Position numbers and translations under genes: made by a program. Shown piece after piece: positions 49,520 to 58,414 of a stretch of DNA of 64,000 nt; position 1 is the first letter of the stretch, and the number at the start of each line of letters is the position of its first letter. The notes under the pieces were generated by a model. That model did not search any database, was not told the DNA's origin, and saw only the letters and a program-made list of their open reading frames with translations. This DNA comes from a virus: positions 7,823 through 71,822 of IMG/VR virus record IMGVR_UViG_3300017731_001834; one strand, given 5' to 3'.

Positions 49520-50274
49520 GTTTATTGGTTTGTTCAAATTCCACTAAAGATTTTTTACAAGGGTTTGATAAGAAGAAAATTATTAGTTCAGCACCTGACA
49601 AATCAATCTTAGATGAAATGGGTTCAGAGGAATCTGTGGTTGCTATCGGTGGTGGAGCTGTAATTGATACTGCAAAGATAATCTGTAAGAATTCTATAAT
49701 TTGTTACCCCACCACTGCATCAGGTGCATCAGAAACATCTTGGTCTGTATATTGGGATGGAAGTAATAAAATAAGTCTAAAAAGATTCAAACCGAAAAAG
49801 GTTGAAATAAATTCTGATTACGCTGATTTACCAGAGAGGGTTAAAAGGGATACAACCTTTGATGTTATTAGTCATTTTTTAGATAGTCTAACCTCGAAGA
49901 AAAAAACAAAAAAAAGTGAGGGTTATTGTATTGATGGATTAGAATTATTAAGAGAAAACAATAATATTCTTAATCTTTTACAGGCAGGTAGACTTGGTGG
50001 TAAAGCGATAGAAATCACAGGCACCAATTTATTACATTCATTATCTTATCCACTAACTGGTCATTATGGGATAGCACACGGAGAAGCTCTTGGATTCTTT
50101 TTACCGAAAGTTTCTAAGTTTATGGGATTTGACGTTGATGATTTAATTAAGGATTACGAGATTAAATTAGATGTTGATATTGACTTTGTAATTGATGAGG
50201 CGCTAAAATATGATAAGATACATGAGGCCAATATATTTATAAATAAATCAATCTTAAAGGATGTGTTATGTTAG
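49516..50274 (+). CDS. Iron-containing alcohol dehydrogenase (phosphonoacetaldehyde reductase-like)
   Basis: IGGGAVIDTAK, PTTASGASE, DVISH and HSLSYPLTGHYGIAHG; adjacent to pepM/ppd. Confidence 0.8.
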   Translation: MSLLVCSNSTKDFLQGFDKKKIISSAPDKSILDEMGSEESVVAIGGGAVIDTAKIICKNSIICYPTTASGASETSWSVYWDGSNKISLKRFKPKKVEINSDYADLPERVKRDTTFDVISHFLDSLTSKKKTKKSEGYCIDGLELLRENNNILNLLQAGRLGGKAIEITGTNLLHSLSYPLTGHYGIAHGEALGFFLPKVSKFMGFDVDDLIKDYEIKLDVDIDFVIDEALKYDKIHEANIFINKSILKDVLC

Positions 50275-50984
50275 ATTTACACGAAATAGCAAAAAAATAT
50301 AATTGTGATAAACTTGATTTAGGTTACACTAAACATTATGAAAAAAAGTTTGAGAGTATCAGAAATGATGTTACTAAAATATTAGAGATTGGATTGAATA
50401 CAGGTGGTTCTCATTTAATGTGGTTGGATTATTTCCCAAACGCAAATGTTTATGCTATAGATAATAGAATAGTATATGAGGATAAAGTACACGACAAAAG
50501 AACAGGTAGAGACATGGTAATGGTAAATGGTTGGGATGAGAGAGACAAAGATAGGTCATTTGTTTTTAGAGGTGACCAATCTGATGTAGTGGATTTAAAT
50601 AAATTTGTCGTTGAGCATGGAGTGGATTTTGATATAATCATAGATGATGGTGGTCACTCGATGAGGCAACAACAAGTATCATTAAAAGTGCTTTATAAAC
50701 ATTTAAAAAATAATGGTATTTATGTAATAGAGGATTTACATACCTCAAGTAATCAATGGAACGAGCTATATGGGTACATTATTGTTGAAGATGGAGACAC
50801 GCTATCAATGTCTTTAATGGAAGATTTTCAAAATAGTGAAAACACTATAGATTCAACTAAACATATATCAGTTCAAGAGATGTCTGACCTTAGAGATAAA
50901 ATGGTTCAATGTAAAATCGAGACAGGTTTAAATAGTTATCAAAATTATGTCTGGCCAACAACCTTATCATTTTTGGATTTTTAA
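50268..50984 (+). CDS. SAM-dependent sugar O-methyltransferase-like protein
   Basis: LEIG, GDQSD, DIIIDDGGH and GIYVIEDLHT. Confidence 0.8.
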   Translation: MLDLHEIAKKYNCDKLDLGYTKHYEKKFESIRNDVTKILEIGLNTGGSHLMWLDYFPNANVYAIDNRIVYEDKVHDKRTGRDMVMVNGWDERDKDRSFVFRGDQSDVVDLNKFVVEHGVDFDIIIDDGGHSMRQQQVSLKVLYKHLKNNGIYVIEDLHTSSNQWNELYGYIIVEDGDTLSMSLMEDFQNSENTIDSTKHISVQEMSDLRDKMVQCKIETGLNSYQNYVWPTTLSFLDF

Positions 50985-51706
50985 TGAAAAAAGTAGCGGT
51001 CATAGTTGAAACAAGAGAGCATAAGGCATTACCATTTGTTTTAGAAAATGTAACTTCAGTTTTACCAAAGGATTGGGAATTACAAGTATTTCATGGAACG
51101 ACAAATAAAGAATACGTAAAGGAATGTACAAAACAAATAAAAAATAAAGTACATATGTCTGACCTTGGTATTGATGAAATAACTGCAGATGATTCAAGTT
51201 TACAGATTATGTTAACTAAGAGTTTTTGGGACAAAGTGGTTGGCGAGATTGTGTTATACTTTGAGTGTGATTCTATGTTATGTGTAAACTCAGATTACAA
51301 AATAGAGCAATTTGAACACTTAGATTATATTGGTGGTTATTGGGGAAGTGATATGGGAGTCTTACACGATAAATATAATAGGGTTATGAATGGTGGATTA
51401 TCTCTCAGAAAAAAAAGTTTTATGTTAGATATCATAGAGAATAAATTACAAGCTTATTTAGATAATGGTGGTAATCCATGTGAAGATTATTTTGTGTCTG
51501 AAATGACTGAACAAAAACCCACATATGAAGAGGTGCTATCGTTTTCAATAGATAACGGATATATCTATCCCTTAAAAAATAAGGCTCCGTTTGGTGTACA
51601 TAAACCTTGGGGAGAAAACAAAAGTAAAGGTCATGGAAAATATTATGATAAGATAAAAGAAGTTTGTCATGGTGTTGAAGAATTGGAGAAATTAAATGGC
51701 GTATAG
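50984..51706 (+). CDS. DUF5672-like putative glycosyltransferase
   Basis: VETR, FECDS, DYIGG, NGGLSLR, EDYF and FGVHKPW. Confidence 0.75.
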   Translation: MKKVAVIVETREHKALPFVLENVTSVLPKDWELQVFHGTTNKEYVKECTKQIKNKVHMSDLGIDEITADDSSLQIMLTKSFWDKVVGEIVLYFECDSMLCVNSDYKIEQFEHLDYIGGYWGSDMGVLHDKYNRVMNGGLSLRKKSFMLDIIENKLQAYLDNGGNPCEDYFVSEMTEQKPTYEEVLSFSIDNGYIYPLKNKAPFGVHKPWGENKSKGHGKYYDKIKEVCHGVEELEKLNGV

Positions 51707-52346
51707 AGATGGTGAGACTATGAGACTTGAAGAAGTCAGAGACCTCGGAATTAACCCAAAATCTATTTTAGATATTGGTGCTCATACTGGTCAATTTCAT
51801 GGTTGGTCAAAAAGAGTTTGGCCAGATGTTGGTGTTTTTATGATAGAAGCTAATCCATTACATAAGGATACGTTAAATAAATTAGCAACGGTAAATGGAG
51901 ACTCATCTTTGATAGCAGCTTTAGGTGATGAAGTGAGAGAGGTCACTTTTTATACAAGAAGTGATAAACCTCAGACGGAGGGTAATTCTTATTACAAAGA
52001 GCATAACTATTGGGACATACCACAATTAGTTCAAGAGAGTAAAGTTATGCTAAAAAGATTAGATGATATTTTTGAGGATGATGCTGTATTTGACTTAATC
52101 AAGGTGGACACACAAGGTTCAGAGTTAGATATTTTAAAAGGTGGTGAAAATTTGGTTAGTAGAGCATCAGCGATAATATTAGAAGTATCCTACATAGAAT
52201 ATAATGAAGGGGCCCCCAGTCAACAAGAAACACTTGATTATATGAAAGAAATCGGGTTTACACAAAAAATGAGTATCGGTGAACATTATAATGGAGAAGA
52301 AGTAGTGCAGAAAGATTTATTATTTTTAAGAATTGGAGAGAAATAA
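51696..52346 (+). CDS. FkbM-family methyltransferase
   Basis: LDIGAHTG, IEAN and LIKVDTQGSELDILKG. Confidence 0.85.
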   Translation: MAYRDGETMRLEEVRDLGINPKSILDIGAHTGQFHGWSKRVWPDVGVFMIEANPLHKDTLNKLATVNGDSSLIAALGDEVREVTFYTRSDKPQTEGNSYYKEHNYWDIPQLVQESKVMLKRLDDIFEDDAVFDLIKVDTQGSELDILKGGENLVSRASAIILEVSYIEYNEGAPSQQETLDYMKEIGFTQKMSIGEHYNGEEVVQKDLLFLRIGEK

Positions 52347-52347
52347 A

Positions 52348-53556
52348 ATGAAAAAAGAATTTTTAGATTTGGGTAGACAACCAATAGCTAACAAATTTCT
52401 AAAAAAAGAGGAATTCAAAGATGAGTTCTTTTTTGATTTAAAAGTTGTATTTGATGATGAAACTAATTTGGTATCATTAAAAGATTTTGTTAAACCAGAA
52501 TTAATGTTTAATGATGATTATACATATCATACTTCTTTATCAACACCAATGGTTGAACACTTTAAGAGAACTGCAACTGAATTAGTTGATTACAGAAAAA
52601 AACTTAGATATAAAACCGAAAAAGTATTAGAGATAGGTTCTAATGATGGCCCTTTTATAACAAACTTTGATAAAAAGACAGCATATTGTGTCGAACCTTG
52701 TGATAACTTTGCTTTAAAAACTGCCCACATGGGATATAACACCTATACGGATTTTTGGGATACAAAGTTAGCTGAAAGAATATTAGGTTGGCATGGTAAG
52801 ATGGATTTAATTTACTCTGCAAATTGCATATGTCATGTTCAAGATTTAGACGATTGTTTTACAGCGGTCTATAATTTATTAGATGATAAGGGTATGTTTG
52901 TATTTGAAGACCCATCGTTACTTGAAATGTTGAAAAGAGGTTCTTACGACCAAATTTATGATGAACACGCTCATATATTCTCTGTGACTGCATTACAGAA
53001 CGTACTACAGAGAAACGGACTTACTATTTTTAAAGTAGACCAACTAGATAATGTTCATGGTGGTTCAAATAGGATATACGCTAGAAAACTAAACATAAAC
53101 TCAGATATGATTGATTTTGAAGAGAATGTCGTTAAGATAATTGAAAACGAAAAAATATTTGGTGTGGATAAATTTGAAACATATGAAGTGTTTGCTGATA
53201 AGGTTCAAAGGTCAAAGGACGAATTAAGAAATATATTATGTGATTTAAGTAGCGATGGTTTTCATGTTATAAGTTTAGGTGCAACATCAAAATCAACGAC
53301 GGTTTTTAATTATTGTGGTATTGATTCATCAATGATAGATTTTATATCAGATACGACACCCGCTAAACAAGGTCTGTATTCACCTGGTATGCATATAAAA
53401 GTTGTGGATAGAGAAAAGATAAATCTATCAGATTATGATTATGCTTTCTTAGGTGCTTGGAACTTCGTTGATTTAATTAGAGAAAACGAAAAGGATTTTC
53501 TAAAAAATGGTGGTAAGTTTATAACTCACGTGCCGGAGGTTAGGATAATTGACTAA
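52348..53556 (+). CDS. NDP-sugar C-methyltransferase
   Basis: LDLGRQPIAN, LEIGSNDG, NCICH, YDQIYDEH, VHGGSNR, GATSK, KQGLYSPG and AWNF. Confidence 0.88.
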   Translation: MKKEFLDLGRQPIANKFLKKEEFKDEFFFDLKVVFDDETNLVSLKDFVKPELMFNDDYTYHTSLSTPMVEHFKRTATELVDYRKKLRYKTEKVLEIGSNDGPFITNFDKKTAYCVEPCDNFALKTAHMGYNTYTDFWDTKLAERILGWHGKMDLIYSANCICHVQDLDDCFTAVYNLLDDKGMFVFEDPSLLEMLKRGSYDQIYDEHAHIFSVTALQNVLQRNGLTIFKVDQLDNVHGGSNRIYARKLNINSDMIDFEENVVKIIENEKIFGVDKFETYEVFADKVQRSKDELRNILCDLSSDGFHVISLGATSKSTTVFNYCGIDSSMIDFISDTTPAKQGLYSPGMHIKVVDREKINLSDYDYAFLGAWNFVDLIRENEKDFLKNGGKFITHVPEVRIID

Positions 53557-53962
53557 TTTAACTGATGTAAAAAAGTTTACCCTACGGACTTTTGATGAGC
53601 CAGATGGTTGTTTAACCCCAATAGAATTTGGAACAGATATACCATTTAAATCAAAAAGAATATTTTATGTGTATGGGGTCAAAGACCAAAATGATAGAGG
53701 GAAACACGCTCACCACAAAACAAAACAAGTGTTGATTTGTCTATCAGGTCGTGTAGATGTAATTTGTGATGATGCTGAGAATCGTGAGAGATACGTATTA
53801 TGTGAACCAAACGATGCGATTTATATACCAGAGATGATTTGGGATGAACAAATTTACGTTGAAAAAAATAGTGTGTTATTGGTGATAGCTAACACTAATT
53901 ATAATAAAGATGATTACATAGAAGACTATGAAGAATTCTTAAAACTAAAAGGGAGTGATTGA
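53549..53962 (+). CDS. dTDP-sugar 3,4-ketoisomerase (FdtA/QdtA/WxcM-like cupin)
   Basis: IPF..KRIFYVY, RGKHAH, QVLICLSG, WDE and DYIEDYEEF. Confidence 0.85.
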   Translation: MTNLTDVKKFTLRTFDEPDGCLTPIEFGTDIPFKSKRIFYVYGVKDQNDRGKHAHHKTKQVLICLSGRVDVICDDAENRERYVLCEPNDAIYIPEMIWDEQIYVEKNSVLLVIANTNYNKDDYIEDYEEFLKLKGSD

Positions 53963-54609
53963 TGGAAGAGATACCATTTCCGCACATTTCAATACCAAAC
54001 TTTGTTAAAAACGAAACATTAGTTAGAGCGGCTGCAGAAAGTTTTGAACAATTAGATAGTTGGGTTGAATATGGTGATGGCGAAAATGATGGACAAATAC
54101 AATATTGTTCAGAGTTGGGTAGAAAAAATTATCCACCAGCAGCATTGGCTGTCTTAGATTACATATGTGAAAACTTTAACCCAAATGATTATTTTGTGGA
54201 ACAACTAAAATGTTTTCCAGACCATGAATTTTATGGTGGTGGTATGATGAATACACCAAATCGTAATGATGAGGGTGGATATTTAGGTATGCACGTCGAT
54301 GCAAGTCATCATGGGGTGCACACGAATTGGGTTAGGTGTTACAGCGTAATACTTTGCATTTCTGAAGACTATGACGAGTCGTTTGATTTACGTCTCTTTG
54401 ATGGACAATACTCTGGTGCTAAATTAAAGTATGAATTTAATACTCTAAATGTTTTTAGATGTTCAGCAAACTCTTGGCATGGATTACCCGAAATAACTAA
54501 GGGTCTAGATAGAAAAGCATTAGGTGTGGTGTATTGGAGAATATCAGATAACGATGATGTACCAATGGTTAAAGCTAAATTTTATAATCAAATGGAGTTA
54601 TTTAAATGA
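53959..54609 (+). CDS. 2OG-Fe(II) dioxygenase (prolyl-hydroxylase-like)
   Basis: PFPH..IPNF, GGYLGMHVD (HxD), SWHG and RKALGVVYW. Confidence 0.75.
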   Translation: MMEEIPFPHISIPNFVKNETLVRAAAESFEQLDSWVEYGDGENDGQIQYCSELGRKNYPPAALAVLDYICENFNPNDYFVEQLKCFPDHEFYGGGMMNTPNRNDEGGYLGMHVDASHHGVHTNWVRCYSVILCISEDYDESFDLRLFDGQYSGAKLKYEFNTLNVFRCSANSWHGLPEITKGLDRKALGVVYWRISDNDDVPMVKAKFYNQMELFK

Positions 54610-55358
54610 AAAAAATAATGGTTACAGGTGGTGCTGGTAGATTTGCTCAGCACATAAATAATATTACAAAAGATGATGATAATTATCAGGTTTTACTTCC
54701 AACAAGACAAGAAATGGATTTTACTAAATTTTGGGATTGTGAAAAGTATTTTTATGCGAATCAAAAAGATTTTGATTATGTAATACATTCAGGTGGTCTA
54801 TCATCACCAATGAGAAGACATAAAGAGAATCCGACCTTAAGCATAAACACTAACATAGTTGGAACTTGTAATATAGCTATGATGTGTGAAAGATTCGATA
54901 AGAAGATGATTTACATATCAACAAACTATGTTTATCCTGGTTTATTTGGTAATCAAGATGAGGAATATGGACTAAAACCATTTAATGCTTATGGATGGTC
55001 TAAGTTAGGTGGTGAATGTGCAGTTCATCATTACATAGATAAATTTTTAATATTAAGAGCTTGCATGAACGCTGTTCCATTTCCACACAAAAAAGCATTT
55101 ACCGATGTCATAAGTTCTCATATGTATGCTGACGAAGCGGCTGATGTGACTTTAAAATTATTAGATGAGGTGGGTATAATAAATGTTGGTGGAGAGGCTC
55201 AGACTGTTTATGACTTTGTAAAACCTCATGAGCCTGAGGTAGGTAAGATAAGTGTTAGAGATATATCTGACGTTGAGGTAAATCCAAATAGTAGTATGAA
55301 CATAGACAAAATGAAAAGGTTATTAGATGATTCAACTATTTCACATTCAAAATCATAA
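54606..55358 (+). CDS. dTDP-4-dehydrosugar reductase (RmlD-like)
   Basis: VTGGAG, YISTNYVY, YGWSKLGGE and LILR. Confidence 0.8.
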   Translation: MKKIMVTGGAGRFAQHINNITKDDDNYQVLLPTRQEMDFTKFWDCEKYFYANQKDFDYVIHSGGLSSPMRRHKENPTLSINTNIVGTCNIAMMCERFDKKMIYISTNYVYPGLFGNQDEEYGLKPFNAYGWSKLGGECAVHHYIDKFLILRACMNAVPFPHKKAFTDVISSHMYADEAADVTLKLLDEVGIINVGGEAQTVYDFVKPHEPEVGKISVRDISDVEVNPNSSMNIDKMKRLLDDSTISHSKS

Positions 55359-56271
55359 GATAGATACATCTGATTATTCACATAGTCTACATGACAAGGG
55401 TGTTGAAGAATTAGAAAAAAATATAGCTAATTATGTTGGTGCTAAATATGCTTGTGCGGTTAACAGCGCCACAAGTGCTATATTTTTGATTATGAAAGAA
55501 AAAAGAACCTACGTTAGAGAGCCAGTTACAATTAACATTCCAAGTATGATACCACCTGTAGTTGCAAACGCAGCCTTGACAAGCGGTTTCTTTCACAAAT
55601 TAAACTTTGTAGATGATGTTGAGTGGATGGGTGACTCTTATGTTCTTCATCAATTTAAAGATTATAAGGTTGTAGATTCAGCTCAAAAGTTAGAAAAAAA
55701 TCAATTTAAAAAAGAATGTAACGATGAAGACCTAATGATATTCAGTTTTTATCCGACTAAACCATTAAGTGGCTTAGATGGTGGTATGATAGTTACAAAT
55801 GATAAGGACAAGTATGAATATTATAAGTCGGCAGTATTAAATGGTATGTCATACTCAGATAACAATTGGGAAAGAAAAATTAGTTTTCCTGGTTACAAGA
55901 TGTACATGAGTTCATTTCAAGCTGATATCATATTAAGAAACTTTAAACACTTTGAAAAAAAACAAAGGGCTTTGAAACAATTATGTGATAGGTATAATAA
56001 AGAATTTGGTTGTGAAAATAAAAGCACCCATCTCTATATAATTGAAACAAAAAATAACAAAAAATTTGTTGAAAAAATGAGAGAGAGTGGTGTTATGGTA
56101 GGTATCCATTATCCAGCTCTACATCTCAATGACATATATTCAAAAAATTGGAGATTTGATTGTCCTAAATCAGAATATTTAAATGATAAGGTTGTTTCAT
56201 TACCAATGAATGAAAAGCTATCATTCAATGATTTTGAAACAATAATAGAAAAGGTAAAGTTATATAAATGA
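55327..56271 (+). CDS. DegT/DnrJ/EryC1/StrS sugar aminotransferase
   Basis: VGAKYACAVNSATSA, DSAQ, FSFYPTKPL..DGGMI, GYKMYM, IHY and SLPM. Confidence 0.85.
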   Translation: MIQLFHIQNHKIDTSDYSHSLHDKGVEELEKNIANYVGAKYACAVNSATSAIFLIMKEKRTYVREPVTINIPSMIPPVVANAALTSGFFHKLNFVDDVEWMGDSYVLHQFKDYKVVDSAQKLEKNQFKKECNDEDLMIFSFYPTKPLSGLDGGMIVTNDKDKYEYYKSAVLNGMSYSDNNWERKISFPGYKMYMSSFQADIILRNFKHFEKKQRALKQLCDRYNKEFGCENKSTHLYIIETKNNKKFVEKMRESGVMVGIHYPALHLNDIYSKNWRFDCPKSEYLNDKVVSLPMNEKLSFNDFETIIEKVKLYK

Positions 56272-56801
56272 AAATTCCAAGTCACGGTAAATACGAATGG
56301 TTACCAAAATTATATGATGCGGTATCAGCTCTAAAACCCAAAACAATTATTGAATTTGGCCCAGCATCAGGCGTGACAACTATCACCATGGCACAAGCTC
56401 TAAAGGATAATAATATAGATGGAAAGATAAAATCCTATGATATATGGGATGATAGTTATTGGGGAAGTCAATGGAATTGTCAAATTAATATTGACGCGTG
56501 GGCTGTAAGAGACTATGTACAACTAAATCACTTAGATTTTTACGATTGGATTAAAGAACCAGAACAATTTGATTTTATGTATTTTGATGTTAATAATAAT
56601 GGTAATAAGCTAGAAGATTTAAATAATTGTGTGAGAGAGCAGATTAATATGGGAGGTTCCGTGGTTTATTTTGAGGGTGGTTCAGTTGAGAGAGACAAAT
56701 ATGTTCAAGATGGTTTCAAAAAAATGAACGATGTTAAATCAGAAATAGGTTATGAAGTGTTGACAGAAAATGTAAAATACTCACTATCGAGGATATCATG
56801 A
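56268..56801 (+). CDS. Class I SAM methyltransferase
   Basis: KPKTIIEFGPASG and FDFMYFD. Confidence 0.7.
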   Translation: MKIPSHGKYEWLPKLYDAVSALKPKTIIEFGPASGVTTITMAQALKDNNIDGKIKSYDIWDDSYWGSQWNCQINIDAWAVRDYVQLNHLDFYDWIKEPEQFDFMYFDVNNNGNKLEDLNNCVREQINMGGSVVYFEGGSVERDKYVQDGFKKMNDVKSEIGYEVLTENVKYSLSRIS

Positions 56802-57685
56802 AAGTATTAGTTGTAGCTACGGGCTGGCATTATAGTTCTCATTTTTATCAACAAATGATTAAGCAAGAGGTGCCAGATGGGTGGTCTGTAGACTATCATT
56901 CTGTAGCTCATCGCTCACCTGATGATGAAAATACAATTCTTGAAAAAGAAAATGTGAGAAACCACTCTAATTTAGAGAGTTTTTGGGAAGAGTTAGATTT
57001 ATTGATGTATGAGGCACCAATAACAAAAAAAGAAATCGAAGAGCTTGGATGGGGTTATTCAGAAGAAGAAAATACTGTCGGTGACATGGAGTGTTTTAAT
57101 CAATGGGCTGATAAAAATGATTACACTCAATACGATTCTATATTAATAACTCACGATGATAATTTAATATTATCTGACCAATTATTTGTTGATATGGATA
57201 AGAGAGTCGATGTTTTAAAACCTAACTCTGATAGATATGGTTCAGCTAATCATCAAGTCAAGACAACTAAAATTAGTTTAGATGATGATTGGTATTTTCT
57301 TGATAATGGTTATACAGAAAATATACCGAAAGCGTTAACACCACGAGGTTCGTTTTGTTTTTATAAGAAAGAATTAATTGACCTTTTACCTAATAATAGA
57401 TTTAATATGTATGAAGAGGGTGGATTAGGTGTTGTCAATAGAGTGGGAGAAACTAATAGTGTTGGTTACGATGGTATATCAGCTTGGAACGCTCACGCTG
57501 GAACTTTCAGAGAGTTTCTTTATGAACATAATTTAGTCCCCAAAATAAGATGGTTTTCTGACGTAAAGAGAGTTAGTAAATATTGTATTGAGGGTGAGAG
57601 AGGATTTGTTACAGGCAATAGAGCTAATGAGCATGGTTACGAAAAAGCTGTACAAGATATATTGACGGAGATAGGATGGATATAA
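56798..57685 (+). CDS. Putative GT-A glycosyltransferase
   Basis: ILITHDDN (xDD motif) and RGSF; located in the glycan island. Confidence 0.5.
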   Translation: MKVLVVATGWHYSSHFYQQMIKQEVPDGWSVDYHSVAHRSPDDENTILEKENVRNHSNLESFWEELDLLMYEAPITKKEIEELGWGYSEEENTVGDMECFNQWADKNDYTQYDSILITHDDNLILSDQLFVDMDKRVDVLKPNSDRYGSANHQVKTTKISLDDDWYFLDNGYTENIPKALTPRGSFCFYKKELIDLLPNNRFNMYEEGGLGVVNRVGETNSVGYDGISAWNAHAGTFREFLYEHNLVPKIRWFSDVKRVSKYCIEGERGFVTGNRANEHGYEKAVQDILTEIGWI

Positions 57686-58413
57686 GACAGCCAATAATAC
57701 ACGACAGGCATTTAGTAAAAACAGAGTTTGCTAGATTAAAACAAAGACTTCAACCTGATTGTTTTGAATTACCAAAAGACTTGACGATAGTTACTTGTAG
57801 AAATAAAGGCTCAATGGAAGACAGAATAATAGACCACCTCAAGGGTTATGAGGACATATCTATTTTAGAGCAAAATCTTGAGTATCTTGGTGTCCAATTA
57901 AAAGTGTTAAGGGACGATAGATTACCTTGGAGAAATACGTTTAAATTTGAGTTGTTAAATCGTTATTTAAATAGTGGAGAATGTAAAACGGAATATTTTA
58001 TGTGTGTTGACGCTATTGATGTGATATTTAAAGATGACCCACAAAAAGTTATTGATATATTCTTAGGTTTTGATTGTGAAGCACTTTTTATGTCAACAAC
58101 ATCTTTAGATGGTTACAATTGTATGCCAGATATATTTAATCAGGTATTAGATATAAATAAAGATAATGGTAGGTATCTAAATAGTGGTGTTTACATTGGT
58201 AGAACAGACTTTATTAAAGAGGTTATAGAATCAGCTATGTCGTATGCAAATCCACCAGGTGTAACAATGGATGACTACAGAGATTATTTGGCTAGTGAGC
58301 CTAAAGATTATCCTTTGGGTTCTCAAGACCAAGATATTTTTAGATTTTTAGAACCTAAGTTTTACCCAAGACTAAAAATCGATTATGATAACGTTATGGC
58401 TTATAGAGGATAA
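57676..58413 (+). CDS. PLOD/LH3-type glycosyltransferase-domain protein
   Basis: KFELL..YL, CVDAIDVIF, YLNSGVYIG, DQDIF and LKIDY. Confidence 0.7.
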   Translation: MDIRQPIIHDRHLVKTEFARLKQRLQPDCFELPKDLTIVTCRNKGSMEDRIIDHLKGYEDISILEQNLEYLGVQLKVLRDDRLPWRNTFKFELLNRYLNSGECKTEYFMCVDAIDVIFKDDPQKVIDIFLGFDCEALFMSTTSLDGYNCMPDIFNQVLDINKDNGRYLNSGVYIGRTDFIKEVIESAMSYANPPGVTMDDYRDYLASEPKDYPLGSQDQDIFRFLEPKFYPRLKIDYDNVMAYRG

Positions 58414-58414
58414 T

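Noticed and set aside
47409-50274. Fosfomycin, methylphosphonate or 2-aminoethylphosphonate biosynthesis
   Set aside because: No radical-SAM methyltransferase, epoxidase, MpnS/HepD-like enzyme or AEP transaminase was recognised. The only aminotransferase is DegT sugar-type, and the context is glycan synthesis.
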